From positions 32,001 through 96,000 of the IMG/VR virus record IMGVR_UViG_3300025276_004419: a stretch of 64,000 nt of DNA, one strand, 5' to 3'. Under the pieces are notes generated by a model. It saw only the letters and a list, made by a program, of their open reading frames with translations, had not been told where the DNA came from and did not search any database. The stretch is from a virus. A program made the position numbers and the translations under genes. Positions 8,457-19,200 of the stretch are shown here, piece by piece (the first letter of the stretch is position 1; each line of letters starts with the position of its first letter).

Positions 8457-10196
8457 ATGGCAGAAACTTTAATATCACCCGGTGTATTAGCAAGAGAGAA
8501 TGACCAGTCATTTATTACTCAACAACCCGTACAAGTAGGTGCTGCAATCGTAGGTCCTGCAGTTAAAGGTCCAGTAGAAATACCTACAATTGTTACATCA
8601 TACAGTGATTATCAAAACAGATTTGGAACTACTTTTGACAGCGGTAGTGAAGTATTTAGTTACTTTACTTCTATTGCTGCTTATAATTATTTCAATAACG
8701 GAGGTAATACTTTACTAGTAAGTAGAGTAGTATCAGGTTCAAGCTCTTGGGCGTATGCAACTGCTTCAATTGTTGATGGTAATCCATTTGCGAGTTCTTC
8801 ATTTGAATTAGAAGCCATTGATAAAGGTGAAATTTGGAACAATACAGGTTCAATGGTATCTGGCTCATTAGTTTCAGGTTCATCCGATAATGTTAGATGG
8901 CAAGTAGTGGGTCGTAATGAAGCATCAGGAACTTTTTCATTAGTAATTAGAAGAGGAAATGATACAACAAACAACCCAGTTGTCTTAGAACAATTTAATA
9001 ACTTATCTTTAGATCCAAATCAACCAAATTTCATTTCAGCTGTAATTGGTGATACTAAATTTAATTACAACGAAGCTGAAAATTACTTAGAAGTATCAGG
9101 TTCATATGCAAACGGTTCTAGATACGTAAGAGTTAAAAAAGTAAATCAACCAACCCCAAATTATTTAGATAATGCTGGAAATGCTCAAGAGCAATTTACA
9201 GGTTCTATCCCAGCATTAGGGTCAGGTTCTATAGGTGGTGCTTTCCAAGCAGGTGTAGGTAGTCTCATTAATGCTACTATAGCTGGAGGTGGTAATTACT
9301 ACGAAAAAGCAGGTACTGGTGCTTCAGCTGTAACTCAGGGTTTGGTTAGTACTGATTATAATAATATGTTAAGTCTATTATCTAATCAAGATGATTATAG
9401 ATTCAATGCACTACTTACCCCAGGTTTGATAGACAAAGTTCACGCTTCTCAAACAACAACAGCAATTAATAATACTCAAGGTAGAGGAGATAGCCTTTAT
9501 ATTTTAGATCCTGTACTATATGGTTCAACCATTGCTACTACAACAGGTCAAGCTAATGCTAGGAATACTTCATACGCAGCTGTATACTGGCCTTGGTTAC
9601 AGACATTCGAACCTGATTCCGGTAAAAATGTTTGGATCCCAGCGTCAACAATGATCGGGGGAGTTTACGCATTTAACGACAATGTAAGCGAGCCATGGTT
9701 TGCCCCAGCGGGTATCAACAGAGGGGGATTAACCAACGTAATTCGCCCGGAAAGAAAGTTGTCTCAAGCAAATAGAGATACTTTATACGAAGCAAATGTT
9801 AACCCAATAGCTTCATTCCCTGGAACAGGAACAGTAGTATATGGTCAGAAAACACTACAACGTCAAGCAAGTGCTTTAGACAGAGTAAATGTTAGAAGAT
9901 TATTAATTGCTCTTAAATCTTACATTAGCCAAATTGGTCAAACTTTAGTATTTGAACAAAATACAGCAGCAACAAGAAATAACTTCTTAGCTGCAGTAAA
10001 CCCATATTTGGAAACAGTCCAACAAAGACAAGGTTTATACGCGTTTAAAGTAGTAATGGATGATAGCAATAACACTCCAGATGTAATCGATAGAAACCAA
10101 TTAATAGGTGCTATTTACTTACAACCTACTAGAACAGCAGAATTCATTTACCTAGACTTTAATGTATTACCTACGGGAGCAACTTTCCCAGCGTAA
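8457..10196 (+). CDS. Contractile tail sheath protein
   Basis: Starts ISPGVLAREND; C-terminal YWPW, PAS..IGG, WFAPAGINRG, LYEANVNPI, YGQKTLQ..SALDRVNVRRLL, FEQN, IDRNQL, PTRTAEFI (T4 gp18-like sheath). Confidence 0.95.
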   Translation: MAETLISPGVLARENDQSFITQQPVQVGAAIVGPAVKGPVEIPTIVTSYSDYQNRFGTTFDSGSEVFSYFTSIAAYNYFNNGGNTLLVSRVVSGSSSWAYATASIVDGNPFASSSFELEAIDKGEIWNNTGSMVSGSLVSGSSDNVRWQVVGRNEASGTFSLVIRRGNDTTNNPVVLEQFNNLSLDPNQPNFISAVIGDTKFNYNEAENYLEVSGSYANGSRYVRVKKVNQPTPNYLDNAGNAQEQFTGSIPALGSGSIGGAFQAGVGSLINATIAGGGNYYEKAGTGASAVTQGLVSTDYNNMLSLLSNQDDYRFNALLTPGLIDKVHASQTTTAINNTQGRGDSLYILDPVLYGSTIATTTGQANARNTSYAAVYWPWLQTFEPDSGKNVWIPASTMIGGVYAFNDNVSEPWFAPAGINRGGLTNVIRPERKLSQANRDTLYEANVNPIASFPGTGTVVYGQKTLQRQASALDRVNVRRLLIALKSYISQIGQTLVFEQNTAATRNNFLAAVNPYLETVQQRQGLYAFKVVMDDSNNTPDVIDRNQLIGAIYLQPTRTAEFIYLDFNVLPTGATFPA

Positions 10197-10210
10197 GAGT
10201 TTAGATAACG

Positions 10211-10221
10211 AATATTTATAA
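10211..10221 (+). promoter_or_regulatory. Putative late-promoter motif AATATTTATAA
   Basis: Exact motif upstream of the tail tube gene. Confidence 0.65.
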
Positions 10222-10240
10222 TAGAATAAAATAAATAACA

Positions 10241-10729
10241 ATGGCAGTATTAGATCCAAATGAAATTTTCTTTACAGCGTTTGAGCCCAAACAAGCAAAC
10301 AGGTTCATCATGTATATTGATGGTTTCCCCGCTTACACCGTAAAAGGCGTAGGTGCTGTAACTTTAAGTCAAGGTACAGTGGCTTTAAACCACATTAACG
10401 TTCAACGTTTTGTTAAAGGTAAATCAACCTGGGGACCAATTACATTCACGTTATTTGATCCAATTACTCCTTCAGGCGCTCAATCCGTAATGGAGTGGGT
10501 ACGTTTACACCACGAATCAGTTACTGGTAGAGATGGTTATTCAGATTTCTACAAGAAAGATTTAACATTTAACGTATTAGGTCCAGTAGGTGACATAGTA
10601 TCAGAATGGATAATCAAAGGTGCTATGATTACTGAAGCAGGTTTTGGTGAGTATGGTTGGGATACTGAAAATCAAGCTATTAACTTGACAATGACAGTTC
10701 AACCAGATTACTGTATCTTGAACTTCTAG
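10241..10729 (+). CDS. Tail tube protein (T4 gp19-like)
   Basis: Follows the sheath; FEPKQANRF, KGKSTWGPITFTLFDPI, EWIIKGAM; 162 aa. Confidence 0.9.
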   Translation: MAVLDPNEIFFTAFEPKQANRFIMYIDGFPAYTVKGVGAVTLSQGTVALNHINVQRFVKGKSTWGPITFTLFDPITPSGAQSVMEWVRLHHESVTGRDGYSDFYKKDLTFNVLGPVGDIVSEWIIKGAMITEAGFGEYGWDTENQAINLTMTVQPDYCILNF

Positions 10730-10753
10730 AAAAAAATCAATATTTTTATAAAT

Positions 10754-10782
10754 AGAGCTTGGCTTAGGTCAGGCTCTTTTTT
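10754..10782 (+). terminator. Rho-independent terminator-like hairpin after the tail tube gene
   Basis: AGAGCTTGGC-ttag-GTCAGGCTCT, a 10-bp stem with G.U pairs, followed by a T run. Confidence 0.7.
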
Positions 10783-10822
10783 ATATTCATATGTATACAC
10801 GATAAACGTTATAAAATAAGAT

Positions 10823-11557
10823 ATGAGTTTTAACTTACCAACAGAAACAATCGAATTACCTTCAAAAGGTCTACTATATCCTGAAGGTCACCCACTATCA
10901 AACGGTACTATTGAAATTAAGTATATGACTGCTAAGGAAGAAGATATCCTTACTAATCAAAACTACATTCAAAACGGCACTGTATTAGATAAACTATTAA
11001 AATCATTAATTATAACTAAGTTTGATTATAACGATTTAGTTATTGGTGATAAAAATGCTGTAATGATCGCTGCTCGTATCTTAGGATATGGAGCTGAATA
11101 TAAATTCCAGTATAATGGTGTAGAAGAAACTGTTGACTTATCCGAAATTGACAATAGACCTCTAGATGAATCTTTATATATTAAGGGTCAAAACGAATTT
11201 TCTTTTAAACTCCCTACTTCAGACAATACTATTACATTTAAATTTTTAACTCAGGGTGATGAAGTTAAAATTAACAGGGAGTTAGAAGGACTAAAAAAAT
11301 TAAAAAAAGATGAATCTCCTGAGTTAACTACTCGTTTAAAATATATGATCACATCTATTAATGGTGATCCGGAAATTAAAATGATTAGAGAATTTATTGA
11401 TCAAGCCTTCCTAGCTCGAGACGCTAGGGCATTTAGAGAATATATTTTAAAAATTCAACCAGACGTGGATTTAACTTTTTTTCCCTCTACTTCAAACAAA
11501 TCAATCTCTCTCCCAATTGGGATTAACTTTTTTTGGCCTGACGCCAACCTCGGCTAA
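10823..11557 (+). CDS. Tail assembly chaperone / baseplate hub assembly protein (T4 gp26-like)
   Basis: IELPSKG..YP, MTAKEEDIL, D..AVMIAARILGYG; lies between the tube and tape measure genes. Confidence 0.8.
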   Translation: MSFNLPTETIELPSKGLLYPEGHPLSNGTIEIKYMTAKEEDILTNQNYIQNGTVLDKLLKSLIITKFDYNDLVIGDKNAVMIAARILGYGAEYKFQYNGVEETVDLSEIDNRPLDESLYIKGQNEFSFKLPTSDNTITFKFLTQGDEVKINRELEGLKKLKKDESPELTTRLKYMITSINGDPEIKMIREFIDQAFLARDARAFREYILKIQPDVDLTFFPSTSNKSISLPIGINFFWPDANLG

Positions 11558-11816
11558 ACAGTATAGGTTAAATTTTTTAACTCAAATCCATGAAATTTGT
11601 TTTTATGGACAAGGAGGGTATTCTTGGCCTGTAGTTTACGATATGCCTTTATGGTTACGTAAATTTACTTATGCTAAAATTAAAGATCACTACGACAAAC
11701 AATCAGAAATGTCTAAAAAGTCTAAAGAATCATCCAACCCTAATGTCCAAACCCTTATTAGTGAAGATGGTACAATAAAAAATCCAAATGCCTTTAAAAA
11801 AACTAACTACAGTTAA
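11517..11816 (+). CDS. Second tail-chaperone segment, probably reached by ribosomal frameshift from the upstream gene
   Basis: Overlaps the upstream gene by 41 nt in the +1 frame, has only a TTG start, and the overlap contains a T7 run (11528-11534); YDMPLWLRKF motif. Confidence 0.6.
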   Translation: MGLTFFGLTPTSAKQYRLNFLTQIHEICFYGQGGYSWPVVYDMPLWLRKFTYAKIKDHYDKQSEMSKKSKESSNPNVQTLISEDGTIKNPNAFKKTNYS

Positions 11817-11825
11817 TATTTATTA
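11815..11825 (+). promoter_or_regulatory. Putative late-promoter motif AATATTTATTA
   Basis: Upstream of the tape measure gene. Confidence 0.55.
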
Positions 11826-11840
11826 CCATATGAATGCACT

Positions 11841-13820
11841 ATGGCCCTAAAAGACGATATAAAAGAAGCAAGAGAGGAACTTATTGCTCTAGATGGTGAA
11901 CTTAAAGGTATTGGAGAACAATTAAAAGAAGGAATTGGTTTTCAAATGGAGGCCCTAAATGAAACTACTCAAAAAGTAGCAAAAAGTTTTCAAAGAGATT
12001 TAGGAAGTGCTATAAATAGATCTAATAAAAGCCTTGATGAACAAGAGAAAATTAGACAAAAAATCCTTAAAGGTCAAGACGCTTCTAAAGAAATTGAAAA
12101 GGAATTAACTAAAGTTCAAAAAGAACGAGATACTATTTTAAGAAAAATAGAAGGTCTTAAAAGAGCAGGAGTAGCGTTTAATGCTGAAGAAGTTCTTTTA
12201 TTAGAAGAAAGTTTAGGGGCTCAAGAATCATCTTTATCAACTCTTAATGAGATAAATACTACTCAAATTGCTAACAGAGGTATTACAGGAAATATCCTTG
12301 AAAATGCTAAAGAATATTTAATAACTTTAGATAAATCAGGTTTAGCAACTAAATTACTAAATGGGGGCTTAGATACTACTCAAAAATTATCCTTAGCAGG
12401 TGAAACTGCTATGTTAGCCTTAGCTAATGCAGCTTTAGCAGGTAGTGATAACATAAACAACCTTCAGAAAAACTTAGGAATTAGTTATGAAGCGGCTTAT
12501 GACTTACAAAATAGTTTAGCTATAACATCAGCTACTTCCGATAAATTATATGTAACTTCAGAACTCCTTAACAAAGCATTTACTGATTTAGCAACCCAAA
12601 CTGGTATAGTTTCTGATTTTGGGGGTGATACATTAGTTACAATGACGGCTTTAACTAAACAACTAGGTTTAGGAACAGCAGAAGCAACTCAATTAGCCCT
12701 TTTAGCAAGAACACAAAGTACGGATACAGAAGGGGTGTTGGAAAATACCGTGGCTACTGTGTCGGCTCTTAATCAACAAAACGGCGTCGCCATTAGTGCT
12801 AAAGCAGTGTTAAACGACATAGCAACCGCATCTAAAGCCATAGTAGTGTCATTAGGCATGTCACCTGAGATACTAGCTGAAGCAGCTACTGAAGCACGAG
12901 CATTAGGTTTAAGTTTATCACAAGTTGATGCCATAGCAGGTTCATTATTAGATTTTGAATCATCTATTGAAAATGAACTAAAATTCCAGATGTTAACTGG
13001 TAAGGAAATAAACCTCACCAAAGCTCGACAATTAGCATTAGATAATGACTTAGCTGGACTTTCAGAAGAGATAGCAAATAATACTGGAATTACTGAGGCA
13101 TTTGCTACAGGTAATAGAATTCAACAAGAAGCAGCAGCAGCAGCTTTAGGGATGTCTCGTGAGGATTTAGGTAACATGGTTTACCAACAAGAATTACTAA
13201 ATTTAGGGGCAGAAGGATTTACAGAAGCGTATGGTGAAACAGCATACCAATCTATGTTAGCGATGTCAGCTACAGACAAATTTGAAGCCTCATTAGTTAA
13301 AGTTAAGGGTGTTATTGGTGATATAGGAACTATATTTTCACCTATTATTGATGGTTTTGCTTCTTTAGTAGGCTATTTAGCTAAATCTAAGATATTATTA
13401 GGAGCTCTAGCAGGTGTTATGGCTGTGTTAGTGGGAATACAAGGTGCTCTAGCTGTAACAAGTTTAGTAACTGCTTATGCTGAGATATTTAAAGGTTCTT
13501 TTATGGCTGGTCCTTTTGGTTTACCTATAGCTATAGCAGGTGCTGCTGCTTTAGGAGGATTAGTAGCAGGAGCACAATCAGTAGAAGATGGTATCGCAGA
13601 TTCATCTCGTGGTCCCTTTACTATTACTGATTCATATGGTAAGATGGCTATAACAGCTAAAGGTGATAATTTAGCAGTATCTCCAAACATCAATAGTAGT
13701 GGAGGTTCAGATTCTAAAATGCTTTCAGTACTAGAACAAATAGCAAAGAAAGACTCAAATGTTTATATGGATTCATCGAAAGTTGGGTATGCTGAATCAT
13801 TAAGCTATAGTAAACTATAA
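11841..13820 (+). CDS. Tape measure protein
   Basis: 659 aa, helical and Ala/Leu-rich with a hydrophobic Gly/Ala segment near the C-terminus; GSLLDFESSIENEL...G.EINL..AR.LAL; canonical position after the chaperones. Confidence 0.85.
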   Translation: MALKDDIKEAREELIALDGELKGIGEQLKEGIGFQMEALNETTQKVAKSFQRDLGSAINRSNKSLDEQEKIRQKILKGQDASKEIEKELTKVQKERDTILRKIEGLKRAGVAFNAEEVLLLEESLGAQESSLSTLNEINTTQIANRGITGNILENAKEYLITLDKSGLATKLLNGGLDTTQKLSLAGETAMLALANAALAGSDNINNLQKNLGISYEAAYDLQNSLAITSATSDKLYVTSELLNKAFTDLATQTGIVSDFGGDTLVTMTALTKQLGLGTAEATQLALLARTQSTDTEGVLENTVATVSALNQQNGVAISAKAVLNDIATASKAIVVSLGMSPEILAEAATEARALGLSLSQVDAIAGSLLDFESSIENELKFQMLTGKEINLTKARQLALDNDLAGLSEEIANNTGITEAFATGNRIQQEAAAAALGMSREDLGNMVYQQELLNLGAEGFTEAYGETAYQSMLAMSATDKFEASLVKVKGVIGDIGTIFSPIIDGFASLVGYLAKSKILLGALAGVMAVLVGIQGALAVTSLVTAYAEIFKGSFMAGPFGLPIAIAGAAALGGLVAGAQSVEDGIADSSRGPFTITDSYGKMAITAKGDNLAVSPNINSSGGSDSKMLSVLEQIAKKDSNVYMDSSKVGYAESLSYSKL

Positions 13821-13825
13821 AATTT

Positions 13826-13836
13826 AATATTTATAA
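13826..13836 (+). promoter_or_regulatory. Putative late-promoter motif AATATTTATAA
   Basis: Exact motif upstream of 13851. Confidence 0.6.
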
Positions 13837-13850
13837 CAAAACACAATATT

Positions 13851-14066
13851 ATGGGATTATTAGATCAATTAACAAAAAACGGTTCAAATTTAACTTCATT
13901 TAACGGAGCTACCCCTGCTAATATGCCTGGGGCAAGTGATTTATCACCTCTTCATGATGAATATTCACTTAATGGTACCCCTATTATATTGAATAAACCA
14001 CAACCCTCTATATTAGATTTAGACGGTTTAACTCCTGCTAAGTACACAGATAACCTCCCAAAATAA
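13851..14066 (+). CDS. Small virion-associated hypothetical protein
   Basis: 71 aa, in the tail operon, preceded by the late motif. Confidence 0.6.
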   Translation: MGLLDQLTKNGSNLTSFNGATPANMPGASDLSPLHDEYSLNGTPIILNKPQPSILDLDGLTPAKYTDNLPK

Positions 14067-14070
14067 TTAA

Positions 14071-15993
14071 ATGCCGTTAGTAGACCTAAAAACTGACCTC
14101 AGATCATTAAGATTTGGTTCCCCTGATGTCCCAGGTGATAGGCCAAATGGTGCTTGGAGTGATCAACCTTATATAACAACACCAATAGGAGCTGATTTTT
14201 TAGCTCCTACACCCAATCGTTTTGCTATAGGAAATGGTAGTGATTTTATCCTTAGAGGTGGGGCAAGTGCCTTTGTAGATGCTACTACGGACGATATAAG
14301 ATTGGGTAAAATGTTTAAAGATCTTAAAACCCCAAATGGTATACAATTCATTGCTAAACAAAATTTGTTATCAATGACAGGGGTAAATATTTTTGCTGGG
14401 TACCCAACTTCTGTAAGAGCACTTAACAAAGCAAGATTAAATGATGGGGTGTATACTCCATTATCTGCATTATTAGCAGCAGGCCCTACAGGAAATCTTA
14501 TAGGAGGTCATCCTAATAAACAAGGTATAGACCCAACAGGAAATAATGCCTTTTTTAGTAGACCTCAATATACTAATTTAGTTAATAGATCAAATCCCCT
14601 ATTAATTAATAATTCAAGACTTTTAAGTCTAGATAATAAATTTATAAAAAAACAAACTTTCGGTCCTCTATTTACTTATTTAGGAGGACCTAATGCTGGT
14701 GCAGATGTTGCTTCTGTTAATACTATTATCTCTTTTGCTAAAGACGGTACTAGAACGGGTATTAACAACCCCGCATTTACAGGTAATCCCTCAGCATTTT
14801 TTGGTAGAGGAGGAGGTACTCTTACTAATAAAGAATTGTCTACTCTAAGTAACAGTTCATTTAGAATAACTAACAAAGTAAGAGATTTTAGAAAAGCTAT
14901 TACTCCTAAAACAATAGGTACTTTACAACATATCCAAGCTGTAAACAATGGTACTTTAACTAATGCTCCTAATTATACTACTAAAAACTTTGAAACCAGA
15001 GTAAACGCTGGTAACCCAGGTAACCCTGCTCTTAATAGAAAAAACTACACTAGAGGAGCAATCGACCCTACTACTAATAGGCCAAATGTAGTAAACAAAA
15101 TTAATGCATTGTATATGTATAATGCTGGAAATGTTACTTCACAAAACTCAGTTGTTAATGATTTTGTTAAATTTAGATTTGCAGTAATAAATCCAGATAA
15201 ACCTTTTAGAAAAACATTTGTTCACTTTCCAGCTTTTTTTGATGGAGCTATAACAGATAACATGGGAGCTAATTGGAGTAGCTTTAAATATTTGGGTAGA
15301 GGTGAAGAATTTTTTAATTATGAAGGATTTAGTAGAGATGTAAGTTTTGGTTTTCAAGTAGTAGCTCAATCAAAACCTGAGTTATCTATAATGTACCAAA
15401 AATTAAATTATCTCCAATCAACATTAGCCCCTAATTTTAGCACAAACGGGTTTATGAGAGGTAATATTCATCAATTAACCATTGGTGGTTATTTCTTTGA
15501 ACAACCTGGAGTAATTACATCGTTAAGCTATACAATGCCTAGTGAATCCCCATGGGAAATAGGCATTCCCTCAACTGATTCTTCTACACCATCTGCAGGT
15601 GGTAACACGTACAGAGACCCAGCAGTAAAAGAATTAACCCATATTATTAATGTGAGTGTTCAATTCAAACCAATTCAAACATTCTTACCACAAACCGTAG
15701 GTTCACCTTTTGATACTACAAATCCCGATGGTATATTTGGTAAACAAGATATAAAACAAAAGTTTATACAATTAGCTAATGGATCACAGCTAAATCAAAA
15801 TCTATATGATTTAGGAGTTCCTAATGCAATAGTAATACCAAATCCTCAGGAACCTTTACCAGATTTAGAATTTGAAAGTTTAAACATTGAGGAAGAGTTA
15901 GAAGATGAATTTGATGGACAATTTAATTTTATTAATCCTTTAGATGATTTTGATTCAGAAGTTACAAGATTAGAACTTTTAGATAGAGGGTAA
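14071..15993 (+). CDS. Baseplate/tail tube initiator-like protein
   Basis: C-terminal tube-fold-like region (ITDNMGANW...YLGRGEEFFNYEGFSRDVSFGFQV...QLTIG.YF...GVITSLSY); position after the tape measure gene. Confidence 0.65.
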   Translation: MPLVDLKTDLRSLRFGSPDVPGDRPNGAWSDQPYITTPIGADFLAPTPNRFAIGNGSDFILRGGASAFVDATTDDIRLGKMFKDLKTPNGIQFIAKQNLLSMTGVNIFAGYPTSVRALNKARLNDGVYTPLSALLAAGPTGNLIGGHPNKQGIDPTGNNAFFSRPQYTNLVNRSNPLLINNSRLLSLDNKFIKKQTFGPLFTYLGGPNAGADVASVNTIISFAKDGTRTGINNPAFTGNPSAFFGRGGGTLTNKELSTLSNSSFRITNKVRDFRKAITPKTIGTLQHIQAVNNGTLTNAPNYTTKNFETRVNAGNPGNPALNRKNYTRGAIDPTTNRPNVVNKINALYMYNAGNVTSQNSVVNDFVKFRFAVINPDKPFRKTFVHFPAFFDGAITDNMGANWSSFKYLGRGEEFFNYEGFSRDVSFGFQVVAQSKPELSIMYQKLNYLQSTLAPNFSTNGFMRGNIHQLTIGGYFFEQPGVITSLSYTMPSESPWEIGIPSTDSSTPSAGGNTYRDPAVKELTHIINVSVQFKPIQTFLPQTVGSPFDTTNPDGIFGKQDIKQKFIQLANGSQLNQNLYDLGVPNAIVIPNPQEPLPDLEFESLNIEEELEDEFDGQFNFINPLDDFDSEVTRLELLDRG

Positions 15994-15995
15994 TT

Positions 15996-16289
15996 ATGGG
16001 AAGATATAGCAACACATTAATTCAAAGAAACCGAGAAGGCAGACGTTATTACGCTGCTAATCGATACGTTGAAATCCCACGTAGTAACAATGATTTATAT
16101 GTTATTACTACTGATGAAGACAGATATGATTTATTAGCTAACCAGTATTATAATGATCCTAGTTTTTGGTGGGTAATCTCATCAGCAAACCCAGAATATA
16201 TTGGTTCTATGTATCCCCCATCAGGAGTACAAATTAGAATCCCCAATAATTTAGCTTTTGTGTTAAATGCTTTAAATATAAATGAATAA
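15996..16289 (+). CDS. LysM-like baseplate wedge protein (P2 gpX / T4 gp53-like)
   Basis: DRYDLLANQYYNDPSFWWVISSAN...GVQIRIP. Confidence 0.85.
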   Translation: MGRYSNTLIQRNREGRRYYAANRYVEIPRSNNDLYVITTDEDRYDLLANQYYNDPSFWWVISSANPEYIGSMYPPSGVQIRIPNNLAFVLNALNINE

Positions 16290-16292
16290 GTT

Positions 16293-19200
16293 ATGGCAGA
16301 TAGTAATTTCGAAGGTACTAATTTACTAGGAGGACCTTTTAAACCTTACGTAGACGAGCAAGTATCTCAAAGGCAAACACGTTTAGGTAGTATTCAAAAA
16401 AGCCAAGAAGATATTGTTTGGGAAAATGGTAAATCCGCTTATCTAGCATTAGCATCTTCAGTTGATATTGAAAATACCATATACCGAGAAATCAAAAATG
16501 AAGTAAGAGAAGTTTCAGTAGCACCATTTAATCCAACTAACTCTAAATCTATCATTTTTGATAATACTCAAACAACATTGCGAAATATTGAAACGGAAGT
16601 TACAAAAATCCATAATGATGGTGAAAAAAGAATTAAACAACTGGGTTTACCTAAGGAATATTTTGGTAATCAATTAGCCAATAATTTAGTATTATTTGGT
16701 GGTACTGCTTACTTTAAAACCAATGACGCAGATGAAAATGATACTATTACATCTAATGAATATTCAAACCCCTATTATCGTTCGGGTTTAGCTACCTCCG
16801 ATTCCCTCTTAAATGAATCAGCCTATGGTTTTGGTGGAACTAGTTTCGGTTTAAGTGCTATGCCAGGTTTAACTTCTTTTAATATTAAATCCCGTAATAT
16901 GGGTTCGTTAAGAGAAGCATCAATAACTATTAGAGCAAATAACAAAAAACAATTTAGTCTCATTGATAGTCTATATTGTAGAATAGGTTATACTATGTTT
17001 ATGGAATGGGGAAATTCTATTTATTTTAATAATGGTGGTAAATATGTTTCTAATCCTAATGCTGAAGGTGTAACAAGCCTCCTTCCAGTATTCTTATCAG
17101 GAACCAATGGCAATAAATCTATTAGTGATAATCCATCCCAATTCTTACAATTAATTGAAGAACGAAGGGAAAAATCTAACGGTAATTATGATGCGTTTTT
17201 TGGTAAAGTAAAAAACTTTAGTTGGGAATTTAACCCAGCAGGGTATTATGAAATTAGTTTATCTTTAATTAGTCAAGGTGATATAATTGAAAGTTTAAAT
17301 ATTGACGGGCAATACGGAGGAACATCAACGGTAGGTAATGTAACAGGTCCCCTACAACCTTCACCTAATGAAACCTCAGCATTAACTTCCTTTTTAACTA
17401 CAGCTGCTTCTCCAAGTAAAGAGGAAAGAACAATAGTAATAGCCGCTTCTTTTGGTCCTGATGGGAGTGCCCCAGAACAAGAAATTAATATATCTAAATT
17501 TCAAAATTATAAAACTTTTCTTTTACCAGACGTTACCACTTCAAAAACAACCTCGGCTAACCTTGGAGTTTCGGCTACAACAACTAATACAACTGAATCA
17601 ATCGCATTAGATACAATCGAATCTTTAAATTATGATAGACTTAAAAGTTCAATAGGAAAAATTGTTAGTGGTACAGCTGTATTTAGTTCGGAAAAGCCAT
17701 ATTTTTATATTCGTTTAGGGGATATTTTAGATTTTATTAAAGATAGACTACTAATATACACATCAGAAGGAAATAATGAACCTATTTTAGATATAGATAC
17801 AGATACTGATAAAAATATTTGTTACTACTCAGGTATAAATGTGTCAGCTGACCCTTCTAAAGTAATGGTAAAAGCAGGATTACCTTATACTAAAGAACTT
17901 TTAAAAGGGTTAAAATATAACCCAATAATTAAAAAAGATGGCACTCAAGATGAGGACTGGGAATGGGACGTAAATACCCCCAACATTTTTGATGACCCAG
18001 ATGCTAAATTAGAACAATATTCTTCACAAGAAAATCCTAATAATACAACAGAATCTTTTGCTTTACATGGGAAGATAATGAACATTTATTTTGAATATGA
18101 ATATCTTTTAAATGCTATTAAAGGTTTAAGAAACGAAAAAACAGGAACTATTAGTTTATATGACTTTGTAGATGAACTATGCCAAACTGCTAATAGTTGT
18201 TTAGGTGGAGTTAATAAACTATCCATTAGACTAGAAGATGATAGGATAATGAGGATTTATGACCAAAGTCCTATCTATGGAACCCAAAATGTTGAAGGTT
18301 CTGTTATTAATCTTTATGGGATAAACCCTACAGGTAGTTTGGGAAATCAAGGTTCATTTGTAACTGATTTCAATATTAAAACTGAATTAACCAATGATTT
18401 TGCTACTCAAGTTACAATTGGAGCACAGGCACAAAGTAATAATGTAGGATCTGATGCTACTGGTTTATCTGCTTGGAACTCAGGATTAAAAGATAGATTT
18501 TTTCCCGAAAAAATAGACTCTCTAAGAAAAAATAATGGTACAACAACCCCAACTACACAAGATAGGATAAATAAATTAACACAACAATTAAAATATCTCT
18601 GGTTAGGTTATTCTGAAGCTAATATCACATCTATTACAAATACAACATTTACATCTGCAGCAAATTCAAACACTTCAGATAATGTTCTTTGGTTTGAACA
18701 TTTTGATACTAAAAGGTTTTCTTCATTTGTAAAACTTCAAAAAAATTGGCTTCAAGAAATTATTAAATTAGAAAACGAAAATTTTAATAAAATACAAGTA
18801 AAAGCGGATAAATCAACTTTAGGTACTAACCAAATAGGGATGATCCCAATTAATATATCAGTTACTTTAGAAGGAATTTCAGGTATAAGAATATATGATA
18901 AGTTAGAAGTTGATACTAGATTTTTACCTGATTATTACCCTCAAACATTAATTTGGATTATTAAAGGTGTTTCACATGAAATCCAAAATAATAAATGGTA
19001 TACTAAATTAGAAACTATAGCAGTCCCAAAATTACCAGGTTCCCAAAATTTTGATTATATTCTGGGGAATAAAAGAGAAGATGGGGATCTAAAAAACTCT
19101 TTAGACACTGCAAACCTTACAGGTTTTACAGGCCCTACCCCTAATGCTGATAGATTAAGAGTACTTATAGCTAATTTAGATGGTGTTGTTGAAAGAAAAA

